Origin: Eledone cirrhosa
Taxonomy: Eukaryota
Length of the DNA: 64,000 nucleotides
Assembly: GCA_964016885.1 (NCBI GenBank)
Contig: OZ024765.1
Span: forward strand, 2,976,001 to 3,040,000
Direction: 5' to 3'
Shown here: one piece after another, positions 53,233 to 64,000 of the stretch
Layout of the letters: each line of letters starts with the position of its first letter
How positions within the stretch are numbered: the first letter of the stretch is position 1
Notes under the pieces: model-generated
What the model was told of the DNA's origin: nothing
Seen by the model: only the letters and a program-made list of their open reading frames with translations
The model's database searches: none
Translations under genes and position numbers: made by a program

Positions 53233-53315
<83 letters not shown>

Positions 53316-53362
53316 AATGAATAATAACAGGTAGACATCATAAAAAGGTAATTTATTCTGTG

Positions 53363-53474
53363 TGCTTACAAATGTTTCCACGGTGGTTATACAGCCTAGT
53401 TATGCTATGTGCAAATTTATAACTATTTGCAAAACTCATTTATCAAATGCTGTGACCTCTGTATCATCAGAGCA
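53363..53474 (-). ncRNA. Hammerhead motif with an extended (~85 nt) stem II
   Basis: TGCT-CTGATGA-TAC...GTG-GAAAC-ATTT-GTA-AGCA. Stem I extends via attctg/cagaat. Confidence 0.62.
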
Positions 53475-54710
53475 GAATGGTTAAAATGTACAATGTAAAT
53501 ATATACATATATCACAATAAATTAATGGAGCCATAGGCCCTCACCATTCCCTGTAAATAATGTGCTCAAAGGAGAAGAAATCCTTTCATAGGTTATAGAT
53601 TCCATACACACACACACACACACACGCGCGTGTGTGTGTATTTGTGTGTATGTATACACACACAATTGTATGTGTTTGTACACCCATAGATCAAACGTGT
53701 GGAACAGACTTATATGTTAAGAAGCGTTCCAGCTCTGACCTTCCTGACTTATTATTCACCCACAGTAGCTAACCACTTACCCATCTATCTACCCATCTAG
53801 TGTTTGGGCCTTCTCTGTATATAAGCCTGTAGGTTAAAGAAGAGAGCAAAAGGAAGAAAGGAGCACTTGCACAACATGCCCCTGAAGTTGAGGGTTGTTC
53901 TATCTACTGGGTATTAAACAACCCATTGGTGGCACCTCCCCCTTATATATATATGTGTGTATGTATATATGTGCATATGTGTATATATGTATGAATGAAT
54001 GAAGTAATTCCATCGGAAAAGTCCAGGAAAAAAGAGTGCTCTATGTAGGCAACAGAGCTTAATTATTATTATTATTATTATGTAATAAACAACATAAGGC
54101 AATTATTCCATTTACCAGTGGTTTCTTAAAAGCAAAAGGTTTTGCTTTCAATCCTCAGAATGAAAAAATCCTGGTTTGTTTATTGAATTTGGATTACAAA
54201 AACAAAAATGCAATCTATATGAAAGTGAGGCTGGAGAATGTGTATATATGTATATATATAGTTATGTATGTATATGTGTGTGTGTGTGTATATGTGTATA
54301 TATGTATATATATAGTTGTATGTCTATATATGTGTGTGTGTGTATGTCTATATATGTGTGTGTGTGTATGTATATATGTGTATATATGTATATATATAGT
54401 TGTATGTCTATATATATGTGTGTGTGTATGTGTATATATGTATATAGTTGTATGTCTATATATGTGTGTGTGTGTATGTATATATGTGTATATATGTATA
54501 TATATAGTTATGTCTATATGTATGTGTGTATATATATATATGTGTGTATATATATATATTTATATATATATATATACACATATACACACTTTTTTTCTCT
54601 TTTACACCAAAAAATATATATATGTATATATATAGTTGTATGTCTATATATGTGTGTGTGTGTGTATGTATATATGTGTATATATGTATATATATAGTTG
54701 TATGTCTATA

Positions 54711-54807
<97 letters not shown>

Positions 54808-55012
54808 ATATATATTTATATATATATATACACATACACAGACACTTTTTTTCTCTTTTACACCAAAAAAAAATTTATGACTCAAACATCATCCGATCTT
54901 CTTACCAATTGTCTGACAATAACATGAAAACTTCACATACATAGTTACACACACACACACACACATATACATAGATATATATGTAGACACGTAAATATGT
55001 ACATGCACACAC

Positions 55013-55048
<36 letters not shown>

Positions 55049-55093
55049 TTATCTATGCATGTACAATCACGATGATTAAACAAGCATGATGAT

Positions 55094-55147
<54 letters not shown>

Positions 55148-55168
55148 AAAGAAACCAAAGAACGCCTG

Positions 55169-55224
<56 letters not shown>

Positions 55225-55974
55225 CAAAGAAATTGTGGTAAGGAACCAGATGGCCCATAACGCACCAGAGTACTCAATACTTAGGGTAGTAGAGTGGGAA
55301 AGAGGAAAAAGTATGACCCCGACGGCAGAGCTGAAGCAGTCCAGAAATAGCCGTCGAAACGGCTTGAGCTCTCTCGTCGGGGTCATACATTTTCCTATAT
55401 TATGTATATGTGTGTGTGTGTGTGTGTTTAAGATGTCAGGGGTTGTCTCCCCTGTCATTACCAAAATTAGTCATTTAAAATATTTGTTTCCCATCATTAA
55501 GGCTGTGGTGGTAATTAACATATCTTGACCTACATTACTGTGTGTGGATATGTATAGCTGAATATATATATACACACACATATATATATATACTATATAT
55601 ATATGTATATACACTATATATATACACACACACACACATATATACTATATATATGTACATACACCATCACCATCAACGTTTAACGTCCGTGTTCCACGCT
55701 TGCATGGGTTTGGACGGGGGTTTCCCACTTGAGTCAAGAGTGATTGTCTTGCTCGCATAGGACTGTCTGGCGGGTTTTCTACAGCTGGATGCCCTTCCTA
55801 AAACCAAACACCATATATATATATATATATATATACACACACCATGTTTATGTATATACACACACCATATATATATGTATACACACACACCATATATATA
55901 TATACACACCATATATATATACTTGTTGAGTCCTTTATATTAGTTATAACATTTTTAAAATAAAATATAACCTT

Positions 55975-56019
<45 letters not shown>

Positions 56020-56020
56020 C

Positions 56021-56052
<32 letters not shown>

Positions 56053-56679
56053 CATATATATATATATATATATACACACCATATATATATATATATATAT
56101 ATATACACACCATATATATATATATATATATATACACACCATATATATATATATATATATACACACCATATATATATATATATATATATACACACCATAT
56201 ATATATATATATATATATATACACACCATATATATATATACTATATATACACACCCCATATATATACTATATATACACACCCCATATATATACTATATAT
56301 ACACACCCCATATATATATATATATATACACACACCATATACATATATATATACACACCATATATATTTATACACATATACATATATATATATACACATC
56401 ATATATACACACCATCAACCATCCCTAGATGTAAGGAATGTTCCTAAACTTTTAAATATATTTTATCTCCTCAACACTTGGTCTTTGTTCTCTCTATACA
56501 CCTCCTCCTTCTCCTCACCCCTCCTATGTATCTTTCTGTCTCTCTATTATATCTCTCTTTCACTCCCCCATATTCTGTCTATCTCTCTCTCTCTCCTTAA
56601 CTTTCCCCACCCCTATCTCTACCCCTCTCTGTGTATCTCTATTATCTCCTTAATACTGTCATCATATATACACATACTC

Positions 56680-56723
<44 letters not shown>

Positions 56724-56767
56724 GTTTGTTTGTGTGTGTATATATATATATATGTTTGTGTGTGCGA

Positions 56768-56811
<44 letters not shown>

Positions 56812-56879
56812 GTTTGTGTGTGCGAATATATATATATATGTGTGTGTGTGTGTGTATATATATATGTTTGTGTGTGTGA

Positions 56880-56909
<30 letters not shown>

Positions 56910-56910
<1 letters not shown>

Positions 56911-57240
56911 AACTGATTCTGGCTTGATCTCTACAGCTGAATGCCCTTCCTAACACCAGCCTCATTTACAGTGGGTGCTGGGTGCTTTTTTGAGGTGGCC
57001 CCTACACGACCACTTTACAGTGAGTACTGGGTGGTTTTGTGCTGTGGCACCTCCACGACCACTTTACAGTGGAATGATAGGGACCCCAGTCCCTATCATC
57101 TCATTTCTACAGCTGAGTAAACTGGAGCAATGTGAAATAAAGTGTCTTGCTCAAGGAAACAACACATCACCCAGTCTGAGAATTGAACTCACAGCCTTTC
57201 GATTGCAAGCCCAATGCTCTAACCACTAAGCCATGTGCCT
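56910..57240 (-). mobile_element. SINE family B copy
   Basis: Reverse complement of the 52597 element, with a duplicated 48-bp internal unit. Confidence 0.83.
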
Positions 57241-57267
57241 TCATGTGTATGTGTGTACATAATATAT

Positions 57268-57447
57268 AATTGTTTTTACTTTTGGCACAAGGCCAGCAAT
57301 TACCCCAGTGTATTACTGGTACTTTATTTTATCGGCCCCGTAAGGATGAAAGGCAAAGTTAACCTCGGCGGGATTTGAACTCAGAATGGCAAGGGCCGTA
57401 ACTCTATGCGCCAAAGCATGGTGTCCGACCCTCTACCGAAACTGCCG
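57268..57447 (-). mobile_element. SINE family A copy
   Basis: Reverse complement of the family A consensus. Confidence 0.8.
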
Positions 57448-57780
57448 TGTGTATACGTTTGTGTTTGTATGTATGTATATATATATATATACACCGTTTT
57501 CACATTCACTTTTGCACATACAACATATACACTCACTCGTTTTCTACATCTTCCACACCACTCTACTGTATGTCTATACACTCTACTCTATATATCACAC
57601 TCTACTCTATATATCACACTCCACTCTATATATCACACTCCACTCTATATTTCTACTCCACATCTTTGCTCTACCCTACACTCTACTCTATATCACTCCA
57701 CTCCACTCTCCACTCATATCACCACACTTCACTCCACTCCACACTACACTCCACTCTATATTTCCACAGTGACGTCCAAG

Positions 57781-57870
57781 ATGTGGAAAGCTGCTGCTGG
57801 TACCAACATCACTCTTGATGTTAAGAATGATGATGCTGATGATGATTGGGAGACTGATCCGGACTTTGTG
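57781..57870 (+). CDS. CTTN: Cortactin coding exon 1 (N-terminal acidic Arp2/3-binding domain)
   Basis: Acceptor tttccacag| at 57769; MWKAAAGTNITLDVKNDDADDDWETDPDFV with the DDW motif; donor gtatgt. Confidence 0.96.
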
Positions 57871-57949
57871 GTATGTTGCTATTGGTTACACCTTTCACAA
57901 TACATCCCCCCCCCCCCCCCCCTCACACTATCACTCAAAGGCAAAATAA

Positions 57950-58765
57950 TTGAGAGATCACAGCTCTGATACTATGGACATGTGGTTAGAATGTCTCAGG
58001 AAAGAATCACTGGACAGATTTATAGCTCAGAGACCAGAGAGTCATTCCAGGTAGAGCTGCTACTTCTCTGAATTGGGAGATCACAGCTCTGATACTATGG
58101 ACATGTGGTCAGAATATCTGAGGAAAGAATCTCTGGACATATTTGTAGCTCAGAGATCAGAGAGTCACTCCAGGTAGAGCTGCTACTTCTCTGAATTGAG
58201 AGATCACAGCTCTGATACTATGGACATGTGGTTAGAATGTTTCAGGAAAGAATCACAGGACAGTCACTCCAGGTAGAGCTGCTACTTCTCTGAATTGGGA
58301 GATCACAGCTCTGATACTATGGACATGTGGTTAGAATGTCTCAGGAAAGAATCTCTGGATAGTCACTCCAGGTAGAGCTGCTACTTCTCTGAATTGGGAG
58401 ATCACAGCTCTGATACTATGGACATGTGGTTAGAATGTCTCAGGAAAGAATCTCTGGACAGTTACTCCAGGTAGAGCTGTTACTTCTTTGAATTGAGAGA
58501 TCACAGCTCTGATTCTGATACTATGGACATGTGGTTAGAATGTCTCAGGAAAGAATCTCTGGACAGTTACTCCAGGTAGAGCTGTTACTTCTTTGAATTG
58601 AGAGATCACAGCTCTGATACTATGGACATGTGGTTAGAATGTCTCAGGAAAGAATCACAGGACAGTCACTCCAGGTAGAGCTGCTACTTCTCTGAATTAA
58701 GAGATCACAGCTCTGATACTATGGACATGTAGTTAGAATGTCTCAGGAAAGAATCACAGGACAGA
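57950..58765. repeat. ~100-124-bp tandem repeat in a cortactin intron
   Basis: Recurrent gagatcacagctctgatactatggacatgtggttagaatg. Confidence 0.92.
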
Positions 58766-58946
58766 TTTTATGGGCGAAACCAATTGGTAGGGCACCTAGG
58801 AGTCATGACCTGGGTGAGTCCAGCTCCCTTATTAAAGTGTCAGGAGAAAGCAAATCCCCTCTTGCTCTCTCATTATACCTTCCCTAACATCCCCCTTGAT
58901 CATAACACCCTGTATTGAGTCCTCATGTTTTTTCCTTGTTATCCAG

Positions 58947-59020
58947 AATGACGTGAGTGAGAAGGACCAGAGATGGGGATCCAAGACAGTCGAGGGATCT
59001 GGTCATATGGCCTCCATCAG
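58947..59020 (+). CDS. CTTN: Cortactin coding exon 2
   Basis: atccag|AAT...AG|gtaaga; NDVSEKDQRWGSKTVEGSGHMASI. Confidence 0.96.
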
Positions 59021-59084
59021 GTAAGAATCATGTTGAAAATCATTAAGGTATCTAGGTATTTAGTGCCCTAGGCTATCTCTAGAG

Positions 59085-59688
59085 CGAGTCTAGGGTGCTG
59101 AATGCCCAGGTACACATTGTAGGGCTAGCTTAGGGTGCTAAATACCCAGGTACATTGTAGAGCTAGCCTAGGGTGTTAAATACCCAGGTACACATTGTAG
59201 AGCTAGCCTAGGGTGCTAAATACCCAGGTACACATTGTAGAGCTAGCCTAGAGTACTAAATACCCAGGTACATTGTAGAGCTAGCCTAGGGTGCTAAATA
59301 CCCAGGTACACATTGTAGAGCTAGCCTAGGGTACTAAATACCCAGGTACACATTGTAGAGCTAGCCTAGAGTACTAAATACCCAGGTACATTGTAGAGCT
59401 AGCCTAGGGTGCTAAATACCCAGGTACACATTGTAGAGCTAGCCTAGGGTGCTAAATACCCAGGTACACATTGTAGAGCTAGCCTAGGGTGCTAAATACC
59501 CAGGTACACATTGTAGAGCTAGCCTAGGGTGCTAAATACCCAGGTACACATTGTAGAGCTAGCCTAGGGTGCTAAATACCCAGGTACACATTGTAGAGCT
59601 AGCCTAGGGTGCTAAATACCCAGGTACACATTGTAGAGCTAGCCTAGGGTGCTAAATACCCAGGTACACATTGTAGAGCTAGCCTAAG
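59085..59688. repeat. 38-40-bp minisatellite in a cortactin intron
   Basis: gctagcctagggtgctaaatacccaggtacacattgtaga. Confidence 0.93.
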
Positions 59689-59743
59689 CACGTTTGTTCG
59701 TTCATTCATTTATTTAAATTTCTCAATGTTTTAAAATCCCTAG

Positions 59744-59873
59744 TTTGAACAGTCTGAGGCAACAGGTCACCCAGAATGATGCTTCCTTGAAACAAAAGGA
59801 GTTTGAAGCAGGTCCCCAGGCTTCTTATGGCTACGGAGGAAAGTTTGGGGTTCAAAAGGATCGAATGGATAAA
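59744..59873 (+). CDS. CTTN: Cortactin coding exon 3 (start of cortactin/HS1 repeats)
   Basis: ccctag|T...AAA|gtaagt; LNSLRQQV...[18 protein letters not shown]. Confidence 0.96.
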
Positions 59874-59999
59874 GTAAGTGTTGCTTTATTAATCTGTCAA
59901 AAGGGCATGTCCCTCCCATCTGTAATAAAACCTTTCTTTTCTTTAGTATCACTACTATATCTGGTTTGTTGTGATCAATCTTTGTTTCCGTTTGTATTG

Positions 60000-60225
60000 T
60001 AAAATCGGTAGAGCGTCGGACGCTTGGCTTTGCAGCATAGAGTTACGGCCCTTTACGTTCTGAGTTCAAATCCTGCCGAGGTTAGCTTTGCCTTTCATCC
60101 TTACGGGGTCGATAAAATAAAGTACCTGTAATACACGGGTCGATTTAATCAATTTCCCCTCCCCCCAAAATTGCTGGCCTTGTGCCAAATGTAGAAACCA
60201 TTATTATTATTATTATTGTTGTTAT
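60000..60225 (+). mobile_element. SINE family A copy abutting the cortactin exon 4 acceptor
   Basis: B box, core domain and (TTA)n tail ending a few nt before the AG. Confidence 0.82.
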
Positions 60226-60233
60226 TATAACAG

Positions 60234-60344
60234 TCTGCCCTGGGTCACGAACATCAAGAAAAACTGTCAGTGCACAACAGTCAGAAGGATTTCTCAAAGG
60301 GATTTGGAGGAAAGTTTGGTGTCCAGAAAGATCATCAAGACAAG
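60234..60344 (+). CDS. CTTN: Cortactin coding exon 4 (111-nt, 37-aa repeat)
   Basis: taacag|TCT...AAG|gtattt; [37 protein letters not shown]. Confidence 0.95.
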
Positions 60345-60466
60345 GTATTTCATCTCTTTTTTTTTTTTTAACTTCTTTTTTTTTAGGGAGAAAAGTTCAC
60401 ATTTTTGTCCGTAGTTTTCTTTCTTTCTCTCTTAGAGTTGACCTTAGCCTAAATATGTAAAATTGT

Positions 60467-60635
60467 GGAGGCACATGGCTTAGTGGTTAGAGCATTGGGC
60501 TTGCAATCGAAAGGTTGTGAGTTCAATTCTCGGACCGGGTGATGTGTTGTTTCCTTCAACAAGACACTTTATTTCACATTGCTCCAGTTTACTCAGCTGT
60601 AGAAATGAGATGATAGGGACTGGGGTCCCTATCAT
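60467..60635 (+). mobile_element. SINE family B, 3'-truncated
   Basis: tRNA head and central domain nearly identical to the 52597 copy. Confidence 0.8.
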
Positions 60636-60911
60636 TAAATTACCCAAGACACCTCCAACGAGATATACCTTGGAGGAGGCCAGCTAAACCTGCAGAGGTG
60701 TGAGCTGTCACACACATATATGTAAAACCTAATTTTTTTCTCCATATTCTTAAGCAATTTAACTGCACGATACACTTCTGTCATTGAAAAAGCGCATAAG
60801 CTGAAACCGGTACAATTAAATGCAGAAATCCCTGTTTTGTAAATAAATGTTTTGATATTATTCTGAGAGAAAATCCCTTTAGCATTTTCTACTGATTTTT
60901 TTTTCCTTTTT

Positions 60912-60962
<51 letters not shown>

Positions 60963-60979
60963 GTGTGTGTGTTTTCTAT

Positions 60980-61583
60980 AACATTGACCTCCTGGAAACT
61001 GTTCAGAGATGTGCAACCAAGTGTATACCCTCCATCAGAGACCTACCATACTCTGAACGCCTTGCTTCCCTGGGCATGGATTCATTGAAGCTCCGACGTC
61101 TAGCAATGAACTTGGTAAACACCCACAAAGTTATTAACCATCTCGCCAACAACAACCCTGAGCACCTTTTTGATCTCCATGTGTCTAACACACGTGGACA
61201 TGCTTACAAAGTCAGACAACAGCACAGCTCCCATGACTTTCGGAAACATTTTTTCACGCTTAGAGTTGCTGAAGCATGGAACAAACTGCTTGCATCAGTT
61301 GTTAGCTGTCGAGACACTGCATCCTTTAAAACCTCCATGGAACAAACTCCCTGCATCAGTTGTTAGCTGCCGAGACACTGCATCCTTTAAAACCCTCATG
61401 CTTCCCGAAATTTGCCAAAACTACACCTGATGTCCCCCTTCCATACACATGCACACATCATGACTCGTACACTGTTCATTTTCCTGACGTTTGTACTTTA
61501 CCCTATGTACTATGCATACACTTTTTGATGAGTTGTAGTGCACCTGAGCACTGTACACAATATTTTCATTATTATTATTATTT
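60980..61583 (+). mobile_element. 3' fragment of the same CR1-group LINE in a cortactin intron
   Basis: NIDLLETVQRCATKCIPS...TRGHAYK...FFTLRVAEAWNKL is near-identical to the 32 kb copy; internal ~60-bp duplication; (TTA)n tail. Confidence 0.9.
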
Positions 61584-61643
61584 TATATATATATATAAAT
61601 GTATGTCATCTCACTATATTGCTGTCTTCTCCCCCACCTCCAG

Positions 61644-61698
61644 TCTGCTGCTGATTGGACCTACAAAGGTGAGACAGAGAAACATGCTTCACAGAAAG
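61644..61698 (+). CDS. CTTN: Cortactin coding exon 5 (55 nt)
   Basis: cctccag|TCT...G|gtgagt; SAADWTYKGETEKHASQK. Confidence 0.95.
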
Positions 61699-62249
61699 GT
61701 GAGTTACATATCTCTCTCTTTCTCTCTCCCTCCTTCTCTCCCTCCCTCTTTCCCTCTGCCCGTCCCCCTCTCTCCCTCCCTTTTTCCCTCTGCCCGTCCC
61801 CCTCTCTCCCTCTCTTTCTCTCCCCTCTCTCTCTCTGCTTATCCTGGTTTACTTGGCGTTAAAAAGTGACTTCCCCTCCCCCCAAATTGCTGGCCTTGTG
61901 CCTAGATCAGAAACCAAAATAAAGTACCAGTAATACACTGGGGATATTGCTGGCCTTGTGCCAAAAAAGTAGAAATAATTATTATTGGAAAGGGTTGCCC
62001 TCCCCGGGTGCCCTAGACATGTTGGGTGGTTCAGGAATTGTTGGGTACCTGAGTCCCCCCCTGGGTGGGTCACCCCCCTCCCCGCTATTGGGGAATTTAT
62101 TTTGTTATTTTTATACATAGTTTATTTACTCAATCATATTGTAAAGCCACACTGTCCCTGTCTTTCTATTGTCCCCTACATGGCCCTTGTGGCCAATAAT
62201 GAACTTAGAATGGCAAGGACCGTAACTCTATGCGTCAAAGCAGGGTTGG

Positions 62250-62418
62250 ACACCATGCTTTGAGGCATAGAGTTACGGCCCTTGCCATTCTGAGTTCAAA
62301 TCCCGCCGAGGTTGACTTTGCCTTTCATCTTACGGGGTCGATAAAATAAAGTACCAGTAATACATTGGGATAATTGCTGGCCTTGTGCCAAAAGTAGAAA
62401 CAATTATTATTATTATTG
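62250..62418 (+). mobile_element. SINE family A copy (5' end inverted) abutting the cortactin exon 6 acceptor
   Basis: B box, core and (TTA)n tail; 62207-62243 is an inverted copy of its 5' part. Confidence 0.8.
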
Positions 62419-62430
62419 CTTTGTTTCCAG

Positions 62431-62541
62431 ATTATTCTCAAGGGTTTGGTGGAAAGTTTGGGGTCCAGTCTGAAAGTATGGACAAATCTGCTGTTGGATG
62501 GGATCATAAGGAGAATTTAGGCAAACATGAATCACAGCAAG
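62431..62541 (+). CDS. CTTN: Cortactin coding exon 6 (111-nt repeat)
   Basis: tttccag|AT...G|gttagt; [37 protein letters not shown]. Confidence 0.95.
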
Positions 62542-63273
62542 GTTAGTAGCATATACTTCTCTACATTGTTGTAGTTGTAGGGTTGATGTGGTGCTGTTGT
62601 AGTGTTGGTGTTGTGGTGCTGTTGTAGTGTTGGTGTTGTGGTGCTGTGTTGGTGTTGTGGTGCTGTTGTAGTGTTGGTGCTGTTGTAGTGTTGGTGCTGT
62701 TGTAGTGTTGGTGTTGTGGTGTTGATGTTGTGGTGCTGTTGTAGTGTTGGTGTTGTGTTGGTGGTGGTGTTGGAGGTGGTAGTGTTGGTGTGGTGGTAGT
62801 AGTGGTGTTATTGTTGTGGTGGTGTTGGTGTGGTGGTAGTGGTGGTGTTATTGTTGTGGTGGTGTTGTAGTGTTGGTGTGGTGGTGGTGTTTTGGTGGTG
62901 GTGGTTGTGGTAGTGGTGTTGTTTTGGTGGTGGTGGTGGTTGCTGTTATGGTAGTTGTGGTGTTGTGTTTTGGTGGTGGTGGTGGTGGTTGCTGTGGTAG
63001 TTGTGGTAGTGTTGTGTTTTGGTGGTGGTGCTGTGGTGTTTTGGTGGAGGTGTTTTGGTGGTGGTGGTGGTGTTGTGGTGTTTTGGTGGTGGTGGTGGTG
63101 TTGTGGTAGTGGTGGTGTTGTGGTTGTTGCAGTGGTGGCGTTTGGGATACTGTTGTAGTGTTGGTGCTGGGTGGTTTAGCAGCTGTTTTTATGACACCAA
63201 CACTACCACCTTATACTTTACTATGCCATGTATTAATCCAGTGGTCTCCCTCACTCCATCTTTCCTTCTCTAG

Positions 63274-63384
63274 ACTACAGTAAAGGGTTCGGTGGAAAGT
63301 ATGGTATCCAGAAAGACAGACAGGACAGTTCCGCAGTCGGCTGGGAATACGAAGGAAAAGTAAAAAAACACGAGTCTCAGACAG
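63274..63384 (+). CDS. CTTN: Cortactin coding exon 7 (111-nt repeat); gene continues beyond the window
   Basis: ttctctag|AC...G|gtaggt; [37 protein letters not shown]. Confidence 0.95.
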
Positions 63385-64000
63385 GTAGGTCATATTTGGA
63401 GTGTCTATTGATGTCATAACAAGGACCAGTCTTTGTTTGTTCTCTGTGTATGTCTGTGATCAGACATGTTTGTCATATTTGGAGTGTCTGGTGACGTCAT
63501 AACAAGCATCAGTCTGTGATCAGACATGTAGGTCATATTTGGAGTGTCTGGTGATGTCATAACAAGCATCAGTCTGTGATCAGACATGTAGGTCATATTT
63601 GGAGTGTCTGTTGACGTCATAACGAGCATCAGTCTGTGATCAGACATGTAGGTCATATTTGGAGTGTCGATGTCATAACAAGGATCAGTCTGTGATCAGA
63701 CATGTAGGTCATATTTGGAGTGTCTGTTGATGTCATAACAAGGACCAGTCTGTGATCAGACATGTAGGTCATATTTGGAGTGTCTGTTGATGTCATAACA
63801 AGGACCAGTCTGTGATCAGACATGTAGGTCATATTTGGAGTGTCTGTTGATGTCATAACAAGGATCAGTCTGTGATCAGACATGTAGGTCATATTTGGAG
63901 TGTCTGTTGATGTCATAAGGACCAGTCTGTGATCAGACATGTAGGTCATATTTGGAGTGTCTGTTGATGTCATAAGGACCAGTCTGTGATCAGACATGTA
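63385..64000. repeat. ~60-bp minisatellite beginning at the cortactin exon 7 donor
   Basis: cagacatgtaggtcatatttggagtgtctgttgatgtcataacaaggaccagtctgtgat. Confidence 0.93.

Overview
Animal genomic DNA that is AT-rich and dense in (TA)n/(CA)n microsatellites, with tRNA-derived SINEs and RTE/CR1 LINE fragments. It is most consistent with an octopod cephalopod (inferred from the repeat landscape; no database search was run). Three + strand genes can be reconstructed by hand. (1) A complete 10-exon FBXL18 (F-box/LRR protein 18; 6611-28128; 716 aa, all splice phases consistent). (2) A single-coding-exon 501-aa Cys/Pro-rich protein of keratin-associated/cornifin-like composition (40288-41793). (3) The first seven coding exons of cortactin (57781-63384, continuing past the window). 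Most of the ORF track is translation of simple repeats. The introns and intergenic DNA hold several notable structures: about a dozen intact or decayed minimal hammerhead-ribozyme motifs of Penelope-like-element type, several at the centre of long palindromes and with the intact ones antisense to the host genes; minisatellites grown from SINE/LINE/MITE pieces or splice sites; four out-of-frame copies of an FBXL18 splice acceptor; and a 3.1-kb intronic array of about 130 ACUAAC (branch-point/STAR-protein) motifs.
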